Assembly (NCBI GenBank): GCA_951406725.2
Contig: OX597819.1
Span: forward strand, 62,682,001 to 62,746,000
Length of the DNA stretch: 64,000 nucleotides
Direction of reading: 5' to 3'
DNA from: Octopus vulgaris
Lineage: Eukaryota
Shown here one piece after another: positions 51,201 through 63,155 of the stretch. A program made the position numbers and the translations under genes. The notes under the pieces are model-generated. The model had not been told where the DNA came from and searched no databases. It was given only the letters and a program-made list of their open reading frames with translations. How positions within the stretch are numbered: the first letter of the stretch is position 1; every line of letters starts with the position of its first letter.

Positions 51201-51367
51201 TTTTAGAGAGAGAAAATGTGTGTTGCTCTGTGTGTTTGTTCGTGTGTGTGTGTGTGTGTGTATGTGAGAGATAGATAGATAGATAGAGAGAGAGAGCCTA
51301 AATTTATTTATTTACTTTTTCTTGCATCAATTTTAGTGTGTTTGGCTGAGAGAGAGAGTTGTGGTCA

Positions 51368-51399
<32 letters not shown>

Positions 51400-51527
51400 T
51401 GTCTTGCTCTCTCTGTGTGTGTGTGTGTGAGAGAGAGAGAGGGGGGGAGAGAATGAAAGCGTTATTTTTCTTTATTTAGCTTTTCTTGCATCTTTTTTCT
51501 CAGTGAACCAGTGTGTGAGTGATTGAC

Positions 51528-51587
<60 letters not shown>

Positions 51588-51914
51588 TTATTGTCATGTA
51601 GTGGTAAAATGGCTAGGGTCAGTTACACACGCACACAAGCAGACACATACACCCATTATCTGTCATATACGTGTACATATATAAATACTTATGCATAAAT
51701 GTTTTTGATATGTGCGCGTGTGAGGAGGAAAGAGACAGTCAATGACTGAAGATGTGTGTTCTTTTGGCTTCCTCTTTCCTCCTCCTTCCTCCTTCCTCCT
51801 CCTGCCTTCTTCTTCCTTCCTTTTCTCCTTGTATGATTGGGAGGAAAAAAGTGAAAATCACAACAGTGTTACATATAATTATTTCAATTTTTTGCCACAA
51901 TGACAGCTTGGAAA

Positions 51915-52085
51915 AGGTGTGGGATGCGAAGATTACGTCGACCCCAGTGTTCAACTGGTAATTATTTTATCGACCCCGAAAGGATGAAAGGCAAAGTCGA
52001 CCTTGGCGGAATTTGAAATCAGAACGTAGGAACGGACGAAATACAGCTAAGCATTTCGTCCAGCGTGCTAATCCAGCTCACCATT
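51915..52085 (-). mobile_element. SINE family B fragment
   Basis: GACCCCGAAAGGATGAAAGGCAAAGTCGACC. Confidence 0.8.
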
Positions 52086-52140
<55 letters not shown>

Positions 52141-52214
52141 CAACAACAATAATAATCATAATAATAATAATAATAATAACAATAACAATAATGATAATAA
52201 TGATAATAATAATG

Positions 52215-52298
<84 letters not shown>

Positions 52299-52299
52299 G

Positions 52300-53525
52300 A
52301 TAGATAGGAAAACAAGAAAAATACTGACAGGATCTAGGATGCATCACCCAAAATCTGACATAGAAAGACTATATATACAACGTATAGAAGGTGGTAGAGG
52401 CCTTATACAGCTGGAAAACTACTATAAAATAACCACCATAGGACTGCAAAAATACCTTCTTCAGAAGGAAGGAAAACTGATCCAGATAGTAGCAAAACAC
52501 GAGCAAAACAAAAAACTGTTCTCAGTATTTAAGGAAGCTGACAAATACAAACAAGAAATCATATCACCTAATAAACACGAAGAAGAAGAAGAAGATGATG
52601 AAGAAACAACAAAAGCTATAAAACAAATGAAATCCAAACTAAAAATAGAACAGCAACGAACCATGATAAAACGATGGCAAGAAAACCCCCTTCATGGTAA
52701 ATACTGCACTAAACTAAACGCAAAAGAAATAGACAAAGAAAAATTCCAGCAATGGTTGAGAAGCTCAGGACTCAAAGCAGAAACAGAGGGATTTTTAATT
52801 GCAGCACAAGACCAAAGCCTCCCCACCAGAAATTACCAAAAACATGTAATGAAAAGAAATATTACAAGTAACTGCAGAATATGTGGAGATGGAAAAGAAA
52901 CAATAAATCATATTATCTCTAGCTGCCCAGTCCTGGCTAAGAAGGAATATATTCACAGACATGACAGAGTTGGAACCTACATACATTGGAAGCTATGCCA
53001 ACATTATGGAATAACAACAGAAAAAAGATGGTATAGGCACACACCAGAAAAGGTCACAGAAAACGAGAAAGCAACCATACTCTGGGATATGCCGATACAC
53101 ACAGATAGAGAAATTAAGGCCAACAGACCAGATATAGTTGTCAGAGATTTCTTTCTAATTGATGTATCAATACCGGCAGATGACAACGTGTCTCTAAAAG
53201 AAATGGAGAAACTCTCAAAATACAAAGACCTGGAAATAGAGGTAACTAGAATGTGGAATCTGAAAACAGAAACAATTCCTATCATAGTAGGTGCATTAGG
53301 CATGATAAAAAAATATTCAGACAAATACATAACAAAACCACCAGGACTTACAAACACATATAAAATACAGAAAATTGCACTACTAGGCACTGCACACATC
53401 CTACGCAGAACACTTTCCATACAATAACCATCAGAGCATCACAACAAATCACAGCACATACCCAAGGCACACAGAGCTGCGCTCGGTAGTGAAGTGAAAG
53501 CACGCTATAAAAATAAAACTACTGA
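52300..53525 (+). mobile_element. 5'-truncated R4/Dong-like RLE LINE inserted in (TAA)n
   Basis: (AAT)n on both sides. The frame is open from 52300 (IDRKTRKILT) to the stop at 53427, followed by a ~100-bp 3' UTR. Confidence 0.92.
52339..53427 (+). CDS. Retrotransposon ORF C-terminus: RT thumb, CCHC zinc knuckle, PD-(D/E)xK endonuclease (partial, probably non-functional)
   Basis: HPKSDIERLYIQRIEGGRGL, AAQDQSLPTRNY, CRICGDGKETINHIISSC, YIHRHDRV, RPDIVV..LIDVSIP, EKLSKYKDL, PIIVGALG. RT palm absent. Confidence 0.85.
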   Translation: MHHPKSDIERLYIQRIEGGRGLIQLENYYKITTIGLQKYLLQKEGKLIQIVAKHEQNKKLFSVFKEADKYKQEIISPNKHEEEEEDDEETTKAIKQMKSKLKIEQQRTMIKRWQENPLHGKYCTKLNAKEIDKEKFQQWLRSSGLKAETEGFLIAAQDQSLPTRNYQKHVMKRNITSNCRICGDGKETINHIISSCPVLAKKEYIHRHDRVGTYIHWKLCQHYGITTEKRWYRHTPEKVTENEKATILWDMPIHTDREIKANRPDIVVRDFFLIDVSIPADDNVSLKEMEKLSKYKDLEIEVTRMWNLKTETIPIIVGALGMIKKYSDKYITKPPGLTNTYKIQKIALLGTAHILRRTLSIQ

Positions 53526-53567
53526 ATAATAATAATAATAATAAAGATGACGATGATGATGATGATG

Positions 53568-53661
<94 letters not shown>

Positions 53662-53663
<2 letters not shown>

Positions 53664-54270
53664 GTTAAACAGAACATTGATAGAAAGAAAAAGAAATAAA
53701 CAACCTTGGTGGGAAAAAAGGAGAATATCGCAGGATATAAGTTTACTGAACAGTGTACTGCCTATACTTGATAGGAAAAAGAAAAAGGAAATTGAAGAAA
53801 GATCGCAAATTTGAAAAACTGAAGCAAAGCTTGGTGTTGATACAAAATTAATGAATGTCGTGCCTGAAAAACTGAAGCAGCACATGCTTACCAAAAGATA
53901 AAACAGTAAAAAAAATTCAGCTAACTAGGTTTGAACAACGGATTAAACAATACTGGCAAAACCAATTGTTTAGAATCGACCAAAAATGATTTTATCAAGA
54001 AATAAATGATAATGTAGAATGCGAAAGATTAATTCCTGGTGCTGATGTAAGTCGACAATTTTGGGGTAAGATATGGAGTAAGCAAGAACAATACAATTCT
54101 GGAGTTGAACGCACACAGCTTCTTATCTTCCGCAAGAGGTTATCCACTTCACAGAAGACAGTATCAGAAATATGAGTAAAAAGATTAGCAATTAGAAAGC
54201 AGCAGGACCTCTTTGTGTACAGGGATTTGGGATAAAAAAAAAGTTCAGTAGGTGCCATAAATTGATCGCA
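53662..54270 (+). pseudogene. Decayed N-terminal/pre-RT region of an R4/Dong-like element
   Basis: QPWWEKR, QYWQNQLFRIDQK*FYQEIN, QFWGKIWS and VQGFGIK, following (TAC)n/(TAA)n. Confidence 0.75.
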
Positions 54271-54279
54271 GAAAAATTT

Positions 54280-54595
54280 TATACTCTTTTACTTGTTTCA
54301 GTCATTTGACTGCGCCCATGCTGGAGCACCGCCTTTAGTCAAGCAAATTGACTCCAGGACTTATTCTTTTTAAGCCTAGTACTTATATTATCGGTCTGTT
54401 TTGCCGAACCTCTAAGTTACAGGGATGTAAGCACACCAGCATTGGATGTCGAGTGATGTTGGGGGGACAAACACAGTCACACAAACGCACATACACACAC
54501 ATATAAATATACATATACGGGCTTCTTTCAGTCTCCGTCTACCAAATCCATTCACAAGGATTTGGTCGGCCCGAGGCTATAGTCGAAGACACTTG
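54280..54595 (-). mobile_element. SINE family C, 5'-truncated
   Basis: Reverse-complement match to 49800-50165. Confidence 0.85.
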
Positions 54596-55035
54596 TGGCA
54601 AATGAATTTTATACATGATTCTGATGAGTCGACATACGATTGTATCAATAGAATGTTGCAACCGAAGTCTCCGTTTGCATATACTATAGCTGGAACCATT
54701 TAGCCTTTTTACTCTCATTGTTTGATCTGCTAAAAATAGCAACCCATCGCCTACCATTTTCAGAAAAAGAAAACGGACATTGGATAATGTAGTTGGAGAT
54801 AGATTATATCTGGAGAGAAAGAATGATGTATTTGGTCGCACTTAGAACTAAATTGCGGTAAATAAACTCGACGAAGACGACAACGACAAACTCATCAACA
54901 CCATTCTTCTCGTCATCATCGTCATCGTCATCATCATGATCATTATCATCGTCAATAAATTTATGAGTAGATTGCTTGTGATGATTAGCTTACTCGCTAT
55001 GGATTTCCCCGGGGTTACACAATGGCAGCGATGAG

Positions 55036-55067
<32 letters not shown>

Positions 55068-55399
55068 CGACAGCGACGTTGGCCACGATGACTGAAATTG
55101 AAATAGTAATATAAGCTAAAATACACCTCAACACACAAACAAAACAAAAAGATCAATATAAACAAGTGTAACAACGAGAATATAACAACAACAACAATAA
55201 TGGCTGAAAACAACGGCAAGAAAAACATCAACAACTACAAAAAAAAAGAAAGAATCACCAGTTCAGATTACAAAAATAATAACAAAGAGCAGCAACAATA
55301 AAAACTATTACAAAAACTAGTAGAAAAAACGAAAACGACAATGAATGAAATAACAACAAACCAAAACTACGTCAAAACTTTGCTGCAAATATACAAATC

Positions 55400-55478
55400 C
55401 CAATGTATTGTTGGCGCATTAAGCAATGTCACGTGACCGGTGTTGATCTCTTAACCCAATAGAAGCGTAAAGATGGCG
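55400..55478. promoter_or_regulatory. Candidate promoter/enhancer motif cluster
   Basis: CCAAT 55400-55404, palindromic GTCACGTGAC 55428-55437, CCAAT 55456-55460 and YY1-like AAGATGGCG 55470-55478, in a short unique CpG-retaining island. Confidence 0.35.
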
Positions 55479-55707
55479 ACCTGATCACTGAACAATGCTT
55501 TCCCGTTGGTCGCAAATCTATACGGCTTAGTTGAGATTGCATTTTCGCTCTCTGCTCTCTCCGCTTCCCCATCTCACACTCTTTATCTACCCATGTATGT
55601 ATGTATGTATGTATGTATGTATGTATGTATGTATGTATGTATGTATGCATTCATGCATGCATGTGTGTATGTATGTATGTATGTATGTATGTAAGCATGT
55701 ATGTGTG

Positions 55708-55739
<32 letters not shown>

Positions 55740-55748
55740 GATCGATCG

Positions 55749-55818
<70 letters not shown>

Positions 55819-55829
55819 TATATACATAC

Positions 55830-55890
<61 letters not shown>

Positions 55891-55891
55891 C

Positions 55892-55962
<71 letters not shown>

Positions 55963-56298
55963 GCACGCACACACGCATAGATACGCGCACATCGCATGAT
56001 GACATAAAAGCGAACGCCTGACAAGCACACACTCGCACACACACACAATTATATATTACGAAGTCGCAACCAATCGATGAGTCTAAACATAACTCAAACA
56101 TACACACACCCATAGACTGTCACATTCACATACATAAACAATTATTCTCTCATTTTCCCACTTTTCTCTTATATATGTCGTTTTTCTGGAACTATTGTCG
56201 CTCTACTAAGCTGTTAACGGTTTCCTACGTAGTTTTACTTAACTTTCTTTTCCATGACTCATTCTCTTTATTCTAATTACTTCCTCGTACTCTTGGAA

Positions 56299-56423
<125 letters not shown>

Positions 56424-56627
56424 CCTCTCTCTATATATCTACATGTGTGTGTTTATGTTTGTATATTTACAGACACATGTATGTATATATACACACACAC
56501 ATATATATGCATGCATATATATATATATAGATATATATACATACATATATGTGTATGTATGTATACATATATACATGCATATATGTGTGTGTGTGACTGT
56601 ATCTGTGTTGTGTGTAAATGCATACAA

Positions 56628-56659
<32 letters not shown>

Positions 56660-56780
56660 ATATATATATATATAGATACACACACAACTTTTCCTCTATT
56701 ATAATATATATATGCTATAACAGAACCCTAACACGGATGTTTAGAACCTGCCTTAGCTTTGATCTTGGAATCTAATGGTT

Positions 56781-56857
<77 letters not shown>

Positions 56858-56935
56858 TTATGTATGTGCATGTATGTATACGTATATATATATATATCTA
56901 TATACACATATATGCATACTCACATACACACACAT

Positions 56936-56967
<32 letters not shown>

Positions 56968-57242
56968 CAATAAATGGTCTCAAACGCATGTGTTATTCAA
57001 ATCGTTATACTTCCGACATATGTTTGGAAGAAGACATTGGTATTATTCATTTTATTCCCCCAGGAATAACACTCATGTTTTCTTCGAAACATATGTCGGA
57101 TTGTAAAGATCTGAAAAACACTTGCGTTTATCTCCATTTCTCAATTTATTCATTTCACTAAACCCTGAAATTGTTACCTTTATAATTAGGCTGTAACATC
57201 CTTGGGGCTTATTTGAATTTTTGTTACCCTGGTAACATCCTT

Positions 57243-57980
57243 CGGTAGGCCCGAGTCTATAGTAGAAGACACATGCCCAAGGTGCCACGCAGTGGAACTG
57301 AAGGAGGAACCATGTGGTTCGAAGCAAGCTACTTACCACACACACACACAGACAGACAGACATACAGACAGACACACGCACACATGTTTGTGTGTCTGTG
57401 TTTGTCCCCCCACCATCGCTTGACAACTGATGCGGGTGTGTTTGCGTCCCCGTAACTTAGCAATTCCGCCAAAGAGACTGATAGAATAAGTACTAGGATG
57501 ATAAAGAATAAATCCTGGGGTCGATTTGTTCGACTAAAGGCGGTGCTGCCGTATGGCCGCAGTCACATGACTGAAAGAAATAAAACGAACAAAACAATAA
57601 ATGAATATGTGTGTGTGTAAAAGTTTATGTTTTTTATCTTTTATTTGTTACAATCATTAGACTGCGGCCATGCCGAGGCACCGCCTTGAAGAATTTTTAT
57701 TCTTTAACAGGCCCCAGTTACTTTTACAGAACTATTAATTTACGAAGACGTAAAAAACCCAACAGCTGTTGCCAAGCGCTGGTTGGGGGTTTACACAGAC
57801 ACAACAAAAATATACATGTATAACGGGCATTTTTTTATTTCCGTCTACCAACACCACTTAGACACCTTTAGTCAGTACGAGGATATCTTACAAGACTCTT
57901 CCCACGGTAGCCAAGAAGAAACAGGGACCTCGGAAGCATGCAATTAGAAAGAAAACTTCTAAACAAATAGCCATGCCTGT
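57243..57980. mobile_element. Rearranged SINE family C pieces
   Basis: 5' half on the minus strand (57243-57342), 3' half on the plus strand (57385-57600), then a decayed minus copy (57630-57980). Confidence 0.7.
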
Positions 57981-58004
57981 ACTTATAATACATCTAAAGA
58001 AAGT

Positions 58005-58657
58005 GCAGCGAGCTGGCAGAAACGTTAGCACGCCGGGCGAAATGCTTAGCAGTATTTCGTCTGCCGCTATGTTCTGAGTTCAAATTCCGCCGAGGTAGAC
58101 TTTGCCTCACATCCTTTCAGGGTCGATTAAATAAGTACCAGTTACGTACTGGGGTCGATATAATCGACTTAATCCGTTTGTCTGTCCTTGTTTGTCCTCT
58201 CTGAGTTTAGCCCCTTGTGGGTGGGCGAGGTCGACTTTGCCTCTCATCCTTTCGGGGTCAATAAATTAAGTATCAGTTGCTTACTGATGTCGATCTAATC
58301 GAGTGGCGTCCTCCCCAAAACTTTTGGCCCTTGTGCCTAGAGTAGAAAATAATAGATCTAAAGAAAAGGGCGGCGAGCTGGCAGAAACATTAGCACGCCG
58401 GACGAAATGCTTAGCGGTATTTCGTCTGCCGCTACGTTCTGAGTTCATATTCCGGCGAGGTCGACTTTGTTTCACATCCTTTAATTCTTTGCCTTACTTG
58501 AGATGAGTAAACACATTCATAGAAACACCCGTATTTCTTATAGGTATAAATACCGATGGAAAAGTGCGTCATTAAGTACCTGTTGAGTACTGGGGCCGAT
58601 CTAATCGACTGGCCCCCTCCCTCAAAATTTCGGGCCTTGTGCCCAGAGTAGTAGAAA
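58005..58657 (+). mobile_element. SINE family B tandem cluster
   Basis: Heads at 58005 and 58369; repeated GAGGTCGACTTTGCC..TCATCCTTTC.GGGTC. Confidence 0.85.
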
Positions 58658-59415
58658 ATATATCTAAACAAATTATGTAAACTAGATATTACGAATAAGA
58701 TTTTGCTACGTCTACAAATGCGTTGCAAATAAGCAAATAGGTTATTAGTAATGAAAAGTCTTAAATTTGTCTATAAAACCAAAGATTATTTCGGTGTAAA
58801 CTGAAATGGCTATGAGGGAAAGGATAGGTTTAAATTGGTCTATAAAACGAAATATTATGGTGGCGTTAACTATTATAGAACATACTGCTTTCTCACCAGA
58901 GCATAAAAGATAATAATGTGTATCTTTTGAGTGTGTTTATTTTAATGCAAGACATAATCACTTTAATGTGACATTACATAAAAATAAGTACTGATAATTA
59001 TATAAACGGTATTTTGTTAGGAAAGACATATTTCTTTTTTGTTTACATGTATTCATTGGCTAATATTGATTTTACATTTAATTAAAGGCCTATGGGAACT
59101 TATTGTTTAAAGTATACTCTTGCTGTCTACGGAATGTCTTTGTAGTGTTTTGCTAAGGATAGTTAAGTGGCGTTTACTAAAATGAATCGGTGAAATAAAT
59201 TAGCAAATTAGGGTTGTAGGAAATGGAGGTAATGATATTTCATTACCACCCATCATTGTCAACTATCTGGAACACTAAGAGATGGTCTTTGTTGAATGGA
59301 AGCAGAGCAGGAATGGCCGACACGTTCATCAGTGTGGAATGAAGGCAAGAAACACTTCGCCTTACATATATGTATATATGTATGTATGTGTGTATGTGTG
59401 TATGTATGTATAAGC

Positions 59416-59493
<78 letters not shown>

Positions 59494-59689
59494 CATATAT
59501 ATATATACATATATGTGTGTGTATATATATGTGTGCATATATATATATATACATATATTTATGTATATATATATGTGTGTATATATATATATATACATAT
59601 ATGTATATGTATATATATATGTATATGTATATATATATATGTATATATATATATATACATATACATATATGTATATATATATATACATA

Positions 59690-59731
<42 letters not shown>

Positions 59732-59921
59732 GAGAGAGAGATGCTTAAAAATACATACACACATACACACATAGATACGAAAATGGGACAACAAAATATC
59801 CAAATAGACGATACAAAGTAAACAAGGACGTGTCATTCGAAGTTTTCTTTCTTCAGTCGAGTACCAGATTATCTTAGCAATTTCGGCTGATGATACTCGA
59901 GATTATATACACACACACACA

Positions 59922-59964
<43 letters not shown>

Positions 59965-60241
59965 ACACACACACACACATATATATATTTGAAAATTTAA
60001 AGGCACTTCGAATATCCCTCATCGTCAAACTATGCACCCTGCTTTTTATTTTTACTTCTTGTAGTAATTAAAACTCATCTTTGAAATAGAAAATAATTGG
60101 AGATTAGTTAGTATTTCAACGAAAATGTTAATGTTTTTATGTGTGTTAAAATATTTGACAGGAAAATAACATAAGATGCTGCAGACACGTTTCAGAAGGT
60201 ACTGATGGAGTGACACATTAACTGACCGGCTCACTGGGACG

Positions 60242-60272
<31 letters not shown>

Positions 60273-60441
60273 CACAACAGCAACGTCAACAGCGACAACA
60301 ACGACAACAACAACTTATATGTATGTATTTAAATTTGTGGCAAACTTAAATCTATAAATTTATTTAGCACATTAAAAGGGAAGCGTGGATGGGTGTACAT
60401 ACATACATACATACATACATACATACATACATACATACATA

Positions 60442-60980
60442 GATGAAGAAGATTGTTAGAGGTATCTAAGGCTGGATGAAAATATATCTTACAATGTCGC
60501 CTATAATAAAATAATTGTCACTAAAGAATATTACAGCCGAATAAAGACAATTCGGACCTCAGAACTCTCTGCTTTCAATAAAACAGTGAACCACAATGTG
60601 TTTGCAGCGCCAGTACTCTTATCAGCATTTAGGCTGCTTCATTGGACGTTTGATTAGTTTCTAGCCATAGATGTGAAAAGCCGAAAAATAATAACAAGCT
60701 CACATAATGTCCACGTAAACAATGACGTAGACTGCCTCTACCTAAAACGAAAACAAGGTGGCATATGTTTAACATCGATACAAAATGCCTTTGAATGTCG
60801 CATCATATCCTTTTAGCAACACCTTTTAACCATCAAGTGTCGTAGTGCATCCCTTGACCAAGTTTGCATTCATGAGGCTGATAACATCATAAGACTTGGA
60901 AGGCAGCTCTTTGAGCAACCCTCTTTGTCTTATAACCTAGAATACATACCCAAAGAAGTCGCACCATTCTACCGCAACAT
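60442..60980 (+). pseudogene. R4/Dong-like RT thumb fragment starting at a (TACA)n array
   Basis: C*RYLRLDEN..KEYYSRIKTIRTSELSAFNK..NVFAAPVL..WTFD*FLAIDVKSRK..DVDCLYLKRKQGG, read in one frame with three stops. Confidence 0.85.
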
Positions 60981-61425
60981 ATCAGATGGCAATAGCCGAC
61001 TGTAGTTGTCACTGGGCTTCATGTACCTTTGCATATCGTTTAAGTCCTCCCGCCGAATGACACTCCCTCTTACATACCTGACAGATATGATTAGTATGTG
61101 TGTAACACCACCACCAGTGGCCTGGTTGTCAATCATCTGTCTCGCTTTGTGACTACGAAGATGACTCTTGAGTCCAACTTTACTGAGGCAGGGTGTTGCA
61201 CAGACACTGCATGTCAGCATCATAGGAAGACCCTTACCATCTGGAAGTACAACAGCGATGCCCTTCCTGACATCCCTCCTTCCTTTCTCATGCGCAACTC
61301 GAGATTTCTCAAAATTAGCTGTTCCCTCATCCACAATCCTTCTCCATCTACTACGGTCAATAGCTATGCCTTCCCATGTGTCAAGAGAGATGCAAGTATC
61401 TCTTAAGGAAGCCTTTAGCAAGACA
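60981..61425 (-). mobile_element. 3' fragment of an RTE-clade LINE
   Basis: LKASLR..WEGIAIDRSRWRRIV and the C2H2 finger CSVCATPCLSKVGLKSHLRSH. Confidence 0.8.
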
Positions 61426-61646
61426 TACGTACATACATACATACAATAATACCTTGTGGTTGATGTTGAAATTCTAATGAAGGAGCCTTGGATCGAGATT
61501 AGAAACCGGCTCCTTGTCTATTGGCAAGGGATCTTGAAATAGCACTGAATAATGACATACATAGGTATGTCCGTACACACACATACACACACACGCACAC
61601 ACATACACACATTTATATTTATACATATGTACATACATGCTCACCT

Positions 61647-61710
<64 letters not shown>

Positions 61711-62799
61711 GTGCGTCTGTATCTATCTATAAACTCATAAATGTAATGGATGCAAGTGCATAATTTAAAATATGAACACTATAATATAGTGAAAAATAAA
61801 GAAATGAGATATAATAATTCTGAATACTTATGAAAATCATAGGAATGTATTAATAAACGATTTACAAAATGCAATACTGGAGTTATATTAAATGGATAAC
61901 AACGAAAGGAATTTGAGAAACAGAGTAAGTTACTGTTATTATAAATGTCCACCGATAAGGAGTGGACAGGAAACTAATATGGAATCACGTGGCTAAAGAA
62001 TGGAACAGTTGATTTTATCCGCAATTCGTCGAGCGGATTGATTAACTCCCCTAGGATACATATTGGAGTTTATCAGTAAATATATCTAAGATTCAATAAT
62101 TCCATATCTCAAATTTATTTCTCATTTGGAATGATAAGTATACTTTTGAGTGAATGAAACTATCCGACATAAAAAAAATGTAAATAAAGGCTTCTTTAAT
62201 TTGATATTAAATACATCAAGTTTTCTATGTCGAACCAGTTTGTAAATTGAGCACTTAAGTATCTATTACGTACCATACTTGTTTCTGTTACAAAAAGAAA
62301 TATAATATCAAAAGCGAAAAAAAAAAATTCAAAGTAATTTTTTTAACGATACGATTGCTTGGATTAAAAGGAAATCTGTTTGATATGTCATGTGCCCTTC
62401 AATGCAGTTTGAATGCTAAAGATTCAGTTTCGCTCAGGGACATCCACAGATTCTGTATTTTAAAAGTTTATGCATCAAATTCCAACCCAAATAGATCTTA
62501 AGAGGTGATGTTATTAATACTAGAAAACAGTCGACAGAATAATGATGAAGCCTAAAAAGAAAAAGGCAAATACCATTAACTGTTTTTTTTTAAAATATGT
62601 CTTTGACTAATATGGATGAATCTAATCAGAAAGAATTCTCTACATGTTACCCACCGCGAATAATGTTATAATGCCCTCTGTATGCATGTTAAAAAAGCTT
62701 ATGAGAAAAAACATTATATCCACAAACTATCGAACAGCTTAAATAATTATTTACATTATTTACATTTGACAGATGCTTCTCCTCATCTTGTTTGTTGTT

Positions 62800-62845
62800 A
62801 ACACAACGTTTCGGCTGATATACCCTCCAGCTTTCATCAGGTGTC
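62800..62845 (-). ncRNA. Minimal type-I hammerhead ribozyme motif
   Basis: Minus strand reads GACAC [CTGATGA] A A-GCTG-GAGGGTATAT-CAGC-C [GAA] ACGT T GTGTT. The base pair closing stem II is mismatched in this copy. Confidence 0.7.
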
Positions 62846-62974
62846 TTGGGGAAATTTCAAACCTGGGTTCTCATTCCTAAGGTATTTTTCGCGTAGTGTT
62901 TAAGAGCGTGGGCTGCTAACCCCAAGATTCCGAGTTCGATTCCAAGCAGTGACCTCAATAAAAATAATAATAAC

Positions 62975-63042
<68 letters not shown>

Positions 63043-63109
63043 TAATAATAATAATGATAACATCGAAAAATACCTTAGGAATGAGAACCCAGTTACGAAA
63101 TTTTCCCAA

Positions 63110-63155
63110 AAGACCTGAAGAAGGCTGGAGGGTATATCAGCCGAAACGTTGTGTT
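63110..63155 (+). ncRNA. Minimal type-I hammerhead ribozyme motif
   Basis: AAGAC [CTGAAGA] A GGCTG-GAGGGTATAT-CAGCC [GAA] ACGT T GTGTT. Core and stem II intact; stem I has one mismatch. Confidence 0.7.

Noticed and set aside
54621-54650. CTGATGA followed by a short hairpin (GTCG-ACATA-CGAT)
   Set aside because: No GAAA after the stem and no stem I or III, so it is not a hammerhead.
59750-59905. Segment recalling another cephalopod interspersed repeat, containing GGCTGATGA
   Set aside because: Single fragment with no complete hammerhead fold or diagnostic ends.
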